From Macrostomum hystrix (Eukaryota > Animalia > Platyhelminthes): a DNA stretch of 64,000 bases. The notes under the pieces were generated by a model. The model was not told the origin of the DNA. It did no database searches and saw only the letters and a list, made by a program, of their open reading frames with translations. The stretch covers positions 6,820,001 through 6,884,000 of the forward strand of contig CATNEN010000025.1 in the NCBI GenBank assembly GCA_950097015.1, in the 5' to 3' direction. Each line of letters starts with the position of its first letter. Position 1 is the first letter of the stretch. A program made the translations under genes and the position numbers. Below, one piece after another: positions 36,038-48,173 of this stretch.

Positions 36038-36745
36038 CATTCCTCTGTCTAACAGCTTCCATTCCTCTGTCTAACAGCTTCCATTCCTCTGTCTAACAGC
36101 TTCCATTCTTCTGTCTAACAGCTTCCATTCCTCTGTATAACAGCTTCCATTCCTCTGTATAACAGCTTCCATTCCTCTGTCTAACAGCTTCCATTCCTCT
36201 GTCTAACAGCTGCCATTCCCCTGTCTAAAAGCTTCCATTTCTCTGTCTAACAGCTTCCATTCCCCTGTCTAAAAGCTTCCATTCCCCTGTCTAAAAGCTT
36301 CCATTCCTCTGTCTAACCGCTTCCATTCCCCTGTCTAAAAGCTTCAATTCCTCTGTCTAACAGCTTCCATTCCCCTGTCTAACAGCTTCAATTCCTCTGT
36401 CTAACAGCTTCCATTCCTCTGTCTAACAGCTTCCATTCCCCTGTCTAAAAGCTTCCATTCCTCTGTCTAAAAGCTTCCATTCCTCTGTCTAACCGCTTCC
36501 ATTCCCCTGTCTAAAAGCTTCAATTCCTCTGTCTTACAGCTTCCATTCCCCTGTCTAACCGCTTCCATTCCTCTGTCTAACAGCTTCCATTCCTCTGTCT
36601 AACCGCTTCCATTCCTCTGTCTAACAGCTTCCATTCCCCAGTCTAACAGCTTCCATTCCCCTGTCTAAAAGCTTCCATTCCTCTGTCTAACAGCTTCCAT
36701 CCCTCTGTCTAACAGCTTCCATTCCTCTGTCTAACAGCTTCCATC
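36038..36745. repeat. 22-bp minisatellite (CTTCCATTCCTCTGTCTAACAG) in Vsx intron 2
   Basis: Period 22 (ATTCC at 36061 and 36083); about 32 units. Confidence 0.95.
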
Positions 36746-37167
36746 TTTCTTTGTCCTTCGACTGTACTTGACCGACTTCGAATGAATCAAAGCCATCGTT
36801 CTGAGCCCCCACACAAAAGTTCCGTATTCTTGTTTATTAATAATTCAGTTCATTACCCCATCCTTTCCCTTACTATTCCTTTCATCTATTTTGTAATGCT
36901 TAGAACGCTTCGAAAATAGGCTCAATGATATTCCTAAAATGCCAAACTTATAATTGTAAGACACGTACAGCAATAAATAGCTTGTGATAGGTAAGCGCAT
37001 GTGCTTCGGTAGGCGATTGCTAAAAATTAGTTCTTTGTTTGTCACGTTGGCTTGACTTCACAGAGAACAATAGCATTAGATTTTTTCATTCATTATATGA
37101 CCATATTTAGTAAGTTACCATAATTTAGTCAGTTGTTGTTGTGCGGCTACTCATCGCCCACTCCACC

Positions 37168-38222
37168 CCATCAGATTCTGTAGTATATTGTCTACTCCAC
37201 CCCACCTGATTCTGTAGTAGATTGTCTACTCCACCCCACCTGATTCTGTAGTAGATTGTCTACTCCACCCCACCTGATTCTGTAGTAGATTGTCTACTCC
37301 ACCCCACCTGATTCTGTAGTAGATTGTCTACTCCACCCACCTGATTCTGTAGTAGATTGTCTACTCCACCCACCTGATTCTGTAGTAGATTGTCTACTCC
37401 ACCCCACCTGATTCTGTGTAGTAGATTGTCTACTCCACCCCACCTGATTCTGTAGTAGATTGTCTACTCGACCCCACCTGATTCTGTAGTAGATTGTCTA
37501 CTCCACCCCACCTGATTCTGTAGTAGATTGTCTACTCCACCCCACCTGATTCTGTAGTAGATTGTCTACTCCACCCCACCTGATTCTGTAGTAGATTGTC
37601 TACTCCACCCACCTGATTCTGTAGTAGATTGTCTACTCCACCCACCTGATTCTGTAGTAGATTGTCTACTCCACCCCACCTGATTCTCTGTAGTAGATTG
37701 TCTACTCCACCCCACCTGATTCTGTAGTAGATTGTCTACTCCACCCCACCTGATTCTGTAGTAGATTGTCTACTCCACCCCACCTGATTCTGTAGTAGAT
37801 TGTCTACTCCACCCACCTGATTCTGTAGTAGATTGTCTACTCCACCCACCTGATTCTGTAGTAGATTGTCTACTCCACCCCACCTGATTCTGTGTAGTAG
37901 ATTGTCTACTCCACCCCACCTGATTCTGTAGTAGATTGTCTACTCGACCCCACCTGATTCTGTAGTAGATTGTCTACTCCACCCCACCTGATTCTGTAGT
38001 AGATTGTCTACTCCACCCCACCTGATTCTGTAGTAGATTGTCTACTCCACCCCACCTGATTCTGTGTAGTAGATTGTCTACTCCACCCCACCTGATTCTG
38101 TAGTAGATTGTCTACTCCACCCCACCTGATTCTGTAGTAGATTGTCTACTCCACCCCATCAGATTCTGTAGTAGATTGTCTACTCCACCCCATCAGATTC
38201 TGTAGTAGATTGTCTACTCCTC
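37168..38222. repeat. 34-bp minisatellite (CTACTCCACCCCACCTGATTCTGTAGTAGATTGT) with 33/36-bp variants
   Basis: About 31 units; rare variant CTCGACCCC recurs 476 bp apart (37468, 37944). Confidence 0.95.
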
Positions 38223-38238
38223 CCACCCAGCGGCTCAC

Positions 38239-38344
38239 CGGTGCCTTCGCTTCTTTTTCTTCTTTTTGGCGCTGGTGTTGAACATGTTCTCATCCAACAG
38301 GCTGCCCACAGACTGCTGCTGCTGCTGATGCTGATGCTGATCGA
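38239..38344 (-). CDS. Vsx: Vsx exon 2 (DQHQHQQQQQSVGSLLDENMFNTSAKKKKKKRRHR): NLS and homeodomain N-terminal arm; not in the ORF track
   Basis: Acceptor CCAATTTAG (phase 1) and donor CG|GTGAGC (phase 2) join exactly to TIFT of exon 3, the usual Vsx RRHR|TIFT boundary. Confidence 0.93.
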
Positions 38345-39372
38345 CTAAATTGGTAAACAGAAATTAATATTACGTATATTACATTCATTTAAATGCTTGA
38401 AACTTAATTTAAGGTCAGAATAGATGTTATCCCTAGCAACACAATTTTCTCACTTTCTCCGCCCACATCTTATTATATTGTAATCCCTAATTTGATTTGA
38501 AATAGATGGGATAATTTGACTCGCTGTAATATGGACTGCACGTTTGAGGAATTTTTGTTTGAAAAAAATGCTTGACAGTAAAATATATAATTTTTTTTCT
38601 AGCCTTGTGAGTTGGGCCTAACCCACATGTTCGCTGCATAGAAATTGCAAGTTATATAAAATTAAATTTTTATGATCCTCTCCTTGCCCAAGCACAGTGC
38701 TTGAACAAAAGCCAACAAACTGCCCCTAATAGCGCTTGAGTCAATGGCTTCCACGATACTGGTGCAATGTTTTTTGTCGTCAGTCAAATGACAAATGTGT
38801 CAATCAGCTTATTCCCTATGCGCGTGTAAGTGTGGGATATTTAATTATCAATTTTTCTCTCGTAACCTTCCCCCCCCCCTAGATCCCGTAAGCATGGGTT
38901 GGGCAAGCTTGATGTGTAGGACATTTTCGTAATTGATGTGGGTGGGCTGCCTCTATACTTAAACTAAATAGTTTTTGGGGAAAACGCAACTATGTTATAA
39001 ATGCAGTTGGTGCTGTTGGTGCTGATGATTGCTGCTGTTAGGAGCAAAGCATTTAACCATTTTCTCACATGAGCTGAATGTGTGGAAAGGAAAGTGTCTC
39101 GCCACTTCAGTGAGGCTTGTATTAAGATTGGGACCGTGTATTAAACACACATTGCTGCGGAAGGAGCAGAAAAAAATCAACTCTCTCTGCCTCAGGTTCC
39201 AAACCCTACTCAAGCAGTTCTGAAGAGTATTTTAGAGGCACCGCGCGGGTGTGAGCGCGGGAGCAAGCTTTGGGTGCCAGAGGGGGTCAGATGTTCTGAG
39301 TAGCATCACGGTTTGCAACTCCAAGAAAGCAGAAAATTAATTCTGGTTTTTTCCGAAAACTTTCGAACTTAC

Positions 39373-39970
39373 AACAACTGCCAAAGCCTCCAGCCGATGC
39401 TGCGTGACAGGATGAAGTTCCGACGCGGTCGCCAGCGTTTGTCGCCGATGAGGGCCAGACGCTGCAAGCTGATGTGCCCGACGCTGTCAGGTCGCGACTG
39501 CCGCCGCCGCTGGTACCGCCGGTGCCGCTAGCTAGCGACATTCGCCAGCAGTCCTCGGCTGCAGCCGCCGCCGCAGCAGCCGCTGCAGCAGCCGCCGCCA
39601 TGCTGTGATAGTTGCTAGCCGCACTAGCTACTGTTGGATAGCCCAGCTGATGATGCGCCGCCGATGAGTTGGCGATTTGCTGGCTGACGCTGGCGCTGCC
39701 GCCGCCGCCGCCGCCGCCGCCCCCACCGCCGAGGCCGAGGAGCTCGTGAATCGCGAAGCTCGCCGCTCTGCCAATCGATTGAGTTCCCATGGCCGGCGGC
39801 AGTGGCAGCGGCTGCTGCGGCGGCGGCGGCGTCGGCTGGGACGTTCCCTGCCTGAGCCCGCCGCCTCCGCCTCCGCCGCCGCCTCCGCCGCCAACCCCGT
39901 AAAATCTAGAAGCAAGAAAATTCTGCGACAGTGACGGCAAACCGTTGATGTTCATGTCCAGGTGGTACAT
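39373..39970 (-). CDS. Vsx: Vsx exon 1 with eh1/octapeptide (FAIHELLGL) and poly-Gly/Ala/Pro tracts; join(39970..39373,38344..38239,35271..34967,32580..32417) = 390 aa
   Basis: FAIHELLGL is the Vsx-type eh1 motif; donor T|GTAAGT at 39372 (phase 1) fits exon 2. An in-frame TAG 12 nt upstream of the ATG also forms an acceptor (TTTCCTAG). Confidence 0.88.
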
Positions 39971-40159
39971 GTCCGACTGGTGCTAGGAAACTTGGATGGC
40001 TAAATATTTTCTGACTTGATCTGCTTTGCTTAATAAGTCCCCGATAAAGAATTCCAGCTATTTAATGAAATTCGCCCAGGCTTGTGGGAGAGACAGGTGA
40101 GGATGGTTGGGGATGCGAACTAAGAGATTGCGCCTCTGATCATGTTTATTGGGGATTTT

Positions 40160-40320
40160 TGCAAACAGAATTTGGGAACGCTAGCCAATCCGGTGGCAGC
40201 CGCTCTGCTCCCAAAGCAAAGCTTAACTAGCCAATCAGCGGCGGCTTCAATTATGTGCGTGCTTGAGGGATTTTAGAATTCTTCCACGGTCCGAGGAGGT
40301 GGTTGTGGGCGGGGCCGCAG
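40160..40320. promoter_or_regulatory. Two CCAAT boxes and a GC box upstream of the Vsx coding region
   Basis: TAGCCAATCCG (~40178), TAGCCAATCAG (~40228) and GGGCGGGGC (~40308). Motif match only. Confidence 0.35.
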
Positions 40321-40861
40321 ACTAATGGGCTAATGACCGCACCGGGTGTATGTTAGTCGGGGATTGAATGAAAGGCGGATTGAATGGCCCTGGTGGTGGA
40401 GGAAGCTGGGTCGGGTTGGGGGTTGTTAGGCGATGAGGCAGCAATTTTCTTCCCGACTTCCGCCAGTTAAGATCCCCTAATAATGGGAGCCACCTTAGTT
40501 GCTCGCGTGCGGAGCAGCTACAGACGGCTTGGACCCCTGCCGCCATGCGTCAATCAGTCAGTCAGTCAGTCAGTCTGTAGCTTGCTGCAGCATCCTCAAC
40601 CCGAAATCACGCTCTCTCACTCTCACTCACCACTGCCCCGCCACTGAATCCCGATACTCTGAGTGGGTGATGGATTCTCTATTTTTTTCGCTCGTAGGAT
40701 GTGTCACAGGCTACTCAAAATCTGCCCCCGCTTTCGATATCATAATTAGCGAGCGCACGGTCATTGATCGCCACATGAGGCTGTGGGAGCCGAAAGGGGC
40801 ATCGAGTGACATTGTACTGCAGCATGCTGTGGCCACGGGCCTGAGTGAGGGGTACGCTGGG

Positions 40862-41385
40862 ACAGAATGAGGGGTAGATTGGTAGAATGAGGGGTAGATT
40901 GGTAGAATGAGGGATAGATTGGTAGAATGAGGGGTAGATTGGTAGAATGAGGGACAGATTGGGAGAATGAGGAGTAGATTGGGAGAATGAGGGGTAGATT
41001 GGGAGAATGATGGGTAGATTGGGAGAATGAGGGGTAGATTGGGAGAATGAGGGGTAGATTGGGAAAATGGGGGTTAGATTGGGAGAATGAGGGGTAGATT
41101 GGGAGAATCAGGGGTAGATTGGGAAAATGGGGGTTAGATTGAGAGAATGAGAGGTAAATTGGGAGAAGAAGGGTAGATTTGGAGAATGAGGGGTAGATTG
41201 GGAGAATGAGGAGTAGATTGGGAGAATGATGGGTAGATTGGGAGAATGAGGAGTAGATTGGGAGAATGAGGAGTAGATTGGGAGAATGAGGAGTAGATTG
41301 GGAGAATGAGAGGTAGATTGGGAGAATGAGGGGTAGATTGGGAGAATGAGAGGTAGATTGATAAATGAGAGTTAGATTCAGAAGT
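40862..41385. repeat. 20-bp minisatellite (GATTGGGAGAATGAGGGGTA)
   Basis: About 26 units. Confidence 0.94.
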
Positions 41386-43439
41386 GAGAGGTGAGGTAGA
41401 TTGAGTAGTGAGAGGTACGTCGGGGCGTGAAGATTTCTTAACGAGGTAAACAAGGAATAACAAAATCATTTTACGATCGTCAGAGAAAAACAGCGAAATT
41501 GTAAAGCCTTTATTCTGCACAATGACCGGTCATTAGGGTTCATAGTTTTTCTTCGAATTTTAGCTAAAAAACTGCTGTGCGTTAGGCATGGCGGCAAGTG
41601 TTAATGGAAAAAATGAAAAAATTTCCTTCTTGTAATAGCGGTGCCACCCACTTCCTGTGCCCCCCTTGCTTTGAAATTTCCTACCTTTTGTTGTTAAACA
41701 ATCACTTTACCAACCCAATGCCATCCACAAAATCGAAAGTTTAAAGTGTTACCGAAAGTCTAAATACCTTACCGAAAATCTTAACATGTTACTGAAAATA
41801 TGATTACGCTACCAAAAGCAAAAAAATCATCGAAAAATTGAATGAAATCATCAAGAAGATTAATTGTGTTACACGGAAAAGATGTGTTGCCGAAATACTT
41901 TTGACTGCAGCCAGTTTTTTTACTTTCCTAGAATCCGTCGACCAATTAAACAAAAAACTAGCCTAGTTTAAATGTATAAAATATTATATTTCATTATTCT
42001 CTTATTCTAATCTCATTTCAGTTTAACGGATCTAAAATCTGAGCTTAAGATAAGCCAAAAAAATTGCAGCTCAGAGCCAAGGATTGCGGCGTGTTAATCG
42101 CCCAGTAAAAAGTCTTCGTGTTGCTGTGTGTAACGAGCGTGCCTGTCAAGTTCCTAGGTAATGTAGATTTAGTTGGATAAGTTAGCACGTCTCTTCAATT
42201 AGACCTAGGTTGGTGTATTTTGGGAATTACAGATTGGCTGGGGCATAATTATCCTTGTTAATTGATCTGAAACTTTCAATATTGCTTTTGTCTATTTTAA
42301 CTGCACGATCGCGGGCTAATAATACCAAGACCCACAAAGTTTTATTCGTAACAATTTAATTTCTCGTGATTGAAACAAAAATTAAACGTCCAATCAGGCC
42401 AAATTATAAGGTTTATCGGCGCAGATTCCACCGCAGACTCAGCAGGGGTTGTTGGGATATTATAGATTATTATTTTATTAAACGGGTCAATGATAATTGT
42501 AAGCAAACGCCAACGATACTATCAATAAACTGCTTGAAGGCCTATACATATACTATAGTTCCTCCATTCTGAATTGTATATTTAGATTAGTTTATTTTAA
42601 TAGGGCCTTTATCATTAGCCAATGGACTAAATTTTGTTTGTAAAAGCTTCATTAGGCCTTCGCATAATTGGTCGTAATTGGTTGTAAATGCGTGCATATA
42701 TATTTTTGCTACCCTATCTCAAGGTGTTCATTGGGAAACACAACAGGTATTTCCTTTTATAGTATTCTTCTTTCGCTTAAACACCTGTCTCATCCAAGTT
42801 TTTTCGGGATAAAACAATCGGGATCTTTATTATCCATACTAGACACTGAAGACCCTAGCAGCAGCAATTTTCTTAGGTGTCCGTCAAATTCTTTCAGCCA
42901 ACCAAATTGCCTTGATTAATTTTTTACCTATCTGTTATTTTCGGCGCCGATCTGAAATCTAAGAATTGATAGAGAATTAGAGGAATAAAATTGACTGACA
43001 GCTCTCTGCATGGTGGGGGTTGCTGTTCTTGGCTTCGGTGGATCCCCACACACAAGCATATTGTATATGCCTTTACCCGTATCTGGCCTAGGTGAATCAG
43101 CGAGATAAGCAATTAGCAGGCGGACGTGCGAATGAAAATATCTATCTTTATATGGATATATCTGCGCATCGTTTAGGCAAGTTGTTATCAATTAAAGTTG
43201 ATTGAACAGTGAAAAATTCTCCTTACCCATTCATAATGATGACCGCACCGCCAACTATAAAGTCAAATTTACAGCGGGAAGGTGCTAAAAATAAGGCCGC
43301 AGTTTCAAGATGAAAGACGAAACATAACGATTGTGCAACCTGCTTATTGATTGAAAAGGAACCAGAAAGTGCGTAACAATGTTGCCACAAAGAAGCCTTT
43401 GTGAAGTTAAGGGATTGGAAGTTTTTTAGTTGGGAATTT

Positions 43440-44870
43440 TCTGGATTTGGAAGTTTCGGGATTTGTATGGTAGTTTCGGGATCTGGAAGTTAGGGGATTT
43501 GAAAGATTCGGGATTTGGAAGTTTCGGGATCTGGAAGTTTCAGGATTTGGAAGTTTCGGGATTTGGAAGTTTCAGGATTTGAATGGAAGTTTCGGGATCT
43601 GGAAGTTTCGGGATTTGGAAGTTTCAGGATTTTGAAGTTTAGGTATTTGGAAGTTTAGGTATTTGGAAGTTTCGGGATTTGGAAGTTTCGGGATTTGGAT
43701 GTTTCTGGATTTGAATGGAAGTTTCGGGATCTGGAAGTTTCGGGATTTGGAAGTTTCAGGATTTGGAAGTTTCGGGATTTGGAAGTTTCGGGATTTGGAA
43801 GTTTCAGGATTTGGAAGTTTCGGGATCTGGAAGTTTCAGGATTTGGAAGTTTCGGGATCTGGAAGTTTCAGGATTTAGTAGTTTCGGAAACTGGAAGTTT
43901 CGGGATCTGGAAGTTTCGGGATCTGGAAGTTTCGGGATCTGGAAGTTTCGGGATTTGGAAGTTTCGGGATTTGGAAGTTAAGGTATCTGGAAGTTTCAGG
44001 ATTTGGAAGTTTCGGGATTTGGAAGTTTCAGGATTTGGAAGTTTCGGGGTTTGGAAGTTTCGGGATCTGGAAGTTTCAGGATTTAGTAGTTTCGGGATCT
44101 GGAAGTTTCGGGATCTGGAAGTTTCGGGATCTGGAAGTTTCGGGATCTGGAAGTTTCGGGATCTGGAAGTTTCGGGATCTGGATGTTTCTGGATTTGAAT
44201 GGAAGTTTCGGGATCAGGAAGTTTCGGGATTTGGAAGTTTCGGGATTTGGAAGTTTCGGGATCTGGAAGTTTCGGGATCTGGAAGTTTCGGGATCTGGAT
44301 GTTTCTGGATTTGAATGGAAGTTTCGGGATCAGGAAGTTTCGGGATTTGGAAGTTTCGGGATTTGGAAGTTTCGGGATCTGGAAGTTTCGGGATCTGGAA
44401 GTTTCGGGATCTGGATGTTTCTGGATTTGAATGGAAGTTTCGGGATCTGGAAGTTTCGGGATCTGGAAGTTTCGGGATCTGGATGTTTCTGGATTTGAAT
44501 GGAAGTTTCGGGATCAGGAAGTTTCGGGATTTGGAAGTTTCAGGATTTGGAAGTTAAGGTATCTGGAAGTTTCAGGATTTGGAAGTTTCGGGATTTGGAA
44601 GTTTCAGGATTTGGAAGTTTCGGGATTTGGAAGTTTCGGGATCTGGAAGTTTCAGTATTTAGTAGTTTCGGAAACTGGAAGTTTCGGGATCTGGAAGTTT
44701 CGGGATCTGGAAGTTTCGGGATCTGGAAGTTTCGGGATTTGGAAGTTTCGGGATTTGGAAGTTTCGGATTTGGTAGTTTAGGTATTTGGAAGTTTCGGAT
44801 TTGGTAGTTTAGGTATTTGGAAGTTTCGGGATCTGGAAGTTAGGGGATTTGCGAGTTTCGGGATCGATAA
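43440..44870. repeat. 16-bp minisatellite (CTGGAAGTTTCGGGAT)
   Basis: About 88 units with a recurring variant block CTGGATGTTTCTGGATTTGAA. Confidence 0.95.
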
Positions 44871-45764
44871 AATTTCCGGGTTGCGAAGTTATTTTCGGGA
44901 TTCGGAAGTTTTAGGATTGGGAAGCTTTCGGATCAGGAAGTTTCCACGCTTTTAAGGATTTTGGTGTTGAATCCGTTGGTTTAAATACATGACCCAATAA
45001 TAGCATTACTATAGTAATGTTTTTCTTACTTTCTACGAGTATAATTTAATGCACAAATTTTATAATCATCCCAAATTAGCGATCTCCCACGGAGAGAAAG
45101 ATCCAAGTCGACTGCCGATTGACGAAGTCCAGATCCCAATTTCCCAATCCATAAATCCCGACATTAATTTAGTGGGGAGTTAAAAAAGGCACATCGCCAT
45201 CATCAGAAAGCTAAAAGGCCCCCAAGTCGGTTGCTTCAACACAAATCTACCATATTATATAGTTTAATGGTTAAGTTTCGGTGCCGTGATGCGGTGAAAA
45301 AAGCTGAACCTAATTGTTGCTATGCTGATGCAAACAATCGATTAAACAAGATCCCCAAATAAGACGAGCTGATGGCTTAATCCAGATAAATGCACACATA
45401 AGCCTCTTTAAAAACTGCTTTGCTTCCAGAGGCAAAGCAGATGCGAATTCAACTATTCGAGAACAATTTATTCATGCAAAGTGGCAGTCTACTTCAAAAA
45501 TGCTATTCTATGTCATTTCTTATCTCGAGTTTAGCTGTGCACGTGGCACTGAAGACAATTAAAAATTAACTCTTGAATGGCCTGTTAGCTAGTAGTTGAT
45601 TTCTTAGAATATTTAATTTCTTGAAACATGCGTGTCCTTGTCTTCATAATTAGATAAGAATATGCTATTCAGACATCTAGATGTTACCGGAACAATGAAA
45701 CCTGAACATAGCACGGGAACTAGACACTGTCTGTTAGGTGCTTTTTAATCAAGAGATAGTCAAG

Positions 45765-46770
45765 TGGGTCAGCTAATGTATATAGATTGTCAGGTGGGTC
45801 AGCTAATGTATGTAGATAGTCAGGTGGGTCAGCTAATGTATATAGATAGTCAGGTGGGTCAGCTAGTGTATATAGATAGTCAGGTGGGTCAGCTAGTGTA
45901 TATAGATAGTCAGGTGGGTCAGCTAGTGTATATAGATAGTCAGGTGGGTCAGCTAGTGTATATAGATAGTCGGGTGGGTCAGCTAATGTATATAGATAGT
46001 CAGGTGGGTCAGCTAATGTATATAGATAGTCAGGTGGGTCAGCTAATGTATGTAGATAGTCGGGTGGGTCAGCTAATGTATGTAGATAGTCAGGTGGGTC
46101 AGCTAATGTATGTAGATAGTCGGGTGGGTCAGCTAATGTATATAGATAGTCAGGTGGGTCAGCTAATGTATATAGATAGTCAGGTGGGTCAGCTAGTGTA
46201 TATAGATAGTCAGGTGGGTCAGCTAATAGTATATAGATAGTCAGGTGGGTCAGCTAGTGTATATAGATAGTCAGGTGGGTCAGCTAATAGTATATAGATA
46301 GTCAGGTGGGTCAGCTAGTGTATATAGATAGTCAGGTGGGTCAGCTAATAGTATATAGATAGTCAGGTGGGTCAGCTAGTGTATATAGATAGTCAGGTGG
46401 GTCAGCTAATAGTATATAGATAGTCAGGTGGGTCAGCTAGTGTATATAGATAGTCAGGTGGGTCAGCTAATGTATATAGATAGTCAGGTGGGTCAGCTAG
46501 TGTATATAGATAGTCAGGTGGGTCAGCTAATAGTAAATAGATAGTCAGGTGGGTCAGCTAGTGTATATAGATAGTCAGGTGGGTCAGCTAGTGTATATAG
46601 ATAGTCAGGTGGGTCAGCTAGTGTATATAGATAGTCAGGTGGGTCAGGTGGGTCAGCTAGTGTATATAGATAGTCAGGTGGGTCAGCTAGTGTATATAGA
46701 TAGTCAGGTGGGTCAGGTGGGTCAGCTAGTGTATATAGATAGTCAGGTGGGTCAGCTAGTGTATATAGAT
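45765..46770. repeat. 30-bp minisatellite (CAGGTGGGTCAGCTAGTGTATATAGATAGT)
   Basis: About 33 units with 31-bp and CAGGTGGGT-duplicated variants. Confidence 0.95.
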
Positions 46771-47332
46771 GCACAGTGCACAGTAAATAGAGAAGATCTG
46801 AATGAACTTCAGGTCGATGAATTCCAACTAACACTTTAAATTCCTTACCAAAGAGTATTCGATCTACAGTTTGTTAAAGCAAAATATTCGCTTTGAAAAC
46901 TTTAAAATCTGCAACACGCGAACACCCCTCACACACACAAGCAGATGCTCAAGTGCTCAAGACAGGGCTGTCTAGCTTGAGTACTAAATTGTTGAAAATC
47001 ACGATCAGTCTTGTGACACAACACTAATATGGTAGCGAGTGAAAGCAATTATCTCGATTCCTTTCATATTTCTACCAGCATTCCGGTGACGAAATTGGCA
47101 GAAAATTTCTTCAAGTCACACGAGTGATGAAGCTCAAACATTCTCGAGTTGTGGCGATAATAATTAATTGCGACTAGCCCGCATCTGTGTTTGAGCATTG
47201 AATCTGAGTATTTCATATTGCGAAGCTCGAAGCAAGTATTCAGTTGGTTAACTGATTCAAATTTTTGTCAAAATCGATAACGTATAGTGTGTCCGTACTA
47301 GTTTTTTAAGTCTTGTTGAACCCCCCCCCGAG

Positions 47333-47612
47333 TCGGGGGTTCGATTCCCGACTCCACTGGAACAATTTGTGTCCTTTAGCAAGACACTTAACTCTGCATT
47401 GCTTCAGTTCACCCAGCTGTTAAATGGGTACCAGCATCAGCTGGGATAATTGAGGGTGGGTGTGGCGTCCCCCAGTCCATGGACTGGACAGCCGTACGCA
47501 GCCTTCAGATGCGCCGCGCAATAGCTGCGGCTGTGCTGTCGGCTGCACATCTGGCCCAATTGGGGCAGGTGTAATCAATTATTAATTATTATTATTAATT
47601 TAATTATTATTA
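47333..47612 (+). mobile_element. SINE family A, 5'-truncated at the B box
   Basis: GGGGTTCGATTCCCGACTCCACTGGAACAATTTGTGTCCTTTAGCAAGACACTTAAC...GGGGCAGGTGTAATCAATT plus AT-rich tail; near-identical to the reverse complement of 20608-20880. Confidence 0.87.
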
Positions 47613-47659
47613 AACTGAAACGGTTCATTACCTAAAGATAATGATATATAACAGGCAAA

Positions 47660-47790
47660 TACCTGTGGGCCACTGTCTAACACCCTTGGATACTGTCTGA
47701 CATCTGAGTACAGTGTCAAACACCTGTGTACAGTGTCCCACACCTGTTTACAGTGTCTAATACCTGTTCAAAGCGTCTAACACCTTTATT
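47660..47790. repeat. Degenerate ~20-bp tandem repeat (ACAGTGTCTAACACCTGTGT-like)
   Basis: About 6 diverged units. Confidence 0.55.
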
Positions 47791-48173
47791 CGCTTCCTGG
47801 CACCTAATATTATCAACATCTAAATTTAAATGCGTTTAGCAATCACTTCTTTTGAAACGAACGATGTAACATATTTCTATTTAGTTTGTTTTAATCTCTG
47901 AATAAATCACAATGCTCAGATTAATTAGAAAACATTGGACGACTGTTCCGTTTAACTGGGACAATTTTTTTAGATAGCTCGGAGAGTAACGAGAATGTAG
48001 AAACTATCAAACATAGTACTGATAATAGAGTCTAGACGATAAATGAGCTGTCAGTCTTATGCTTGGTGAACAACGATGCAAGCTGGACAACAGATATTGC
48101 TACTATAAGTAGGCTTGTTAGAAATTCGTTCGCGTAGTTATATGTCCGCGTCTAAAAATAGACTACAAAAAAT

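Noticed and set aside
38995-39060. Gln/His-looking stretch in Vsx intron 1 as an extra exon
   Set aside because: An acceptor is present, but there is no good donor and the Q/H frame does not match phase 1; exons 1 and 2 already join cleanly.
546-46839. Periodic ORFs at 546-1396, 3004-3372, 22184-23095, 23709-24123, 24483-25201, 25867-26136, 26711-27706, 30035-30704, 32854-33993, 40761-41453, 43663-44807 and 45764-46839
   Set aside because: Each coincides with a minisatellite, and its periodicity follows from the DNA unit; there is no splice or homology support.
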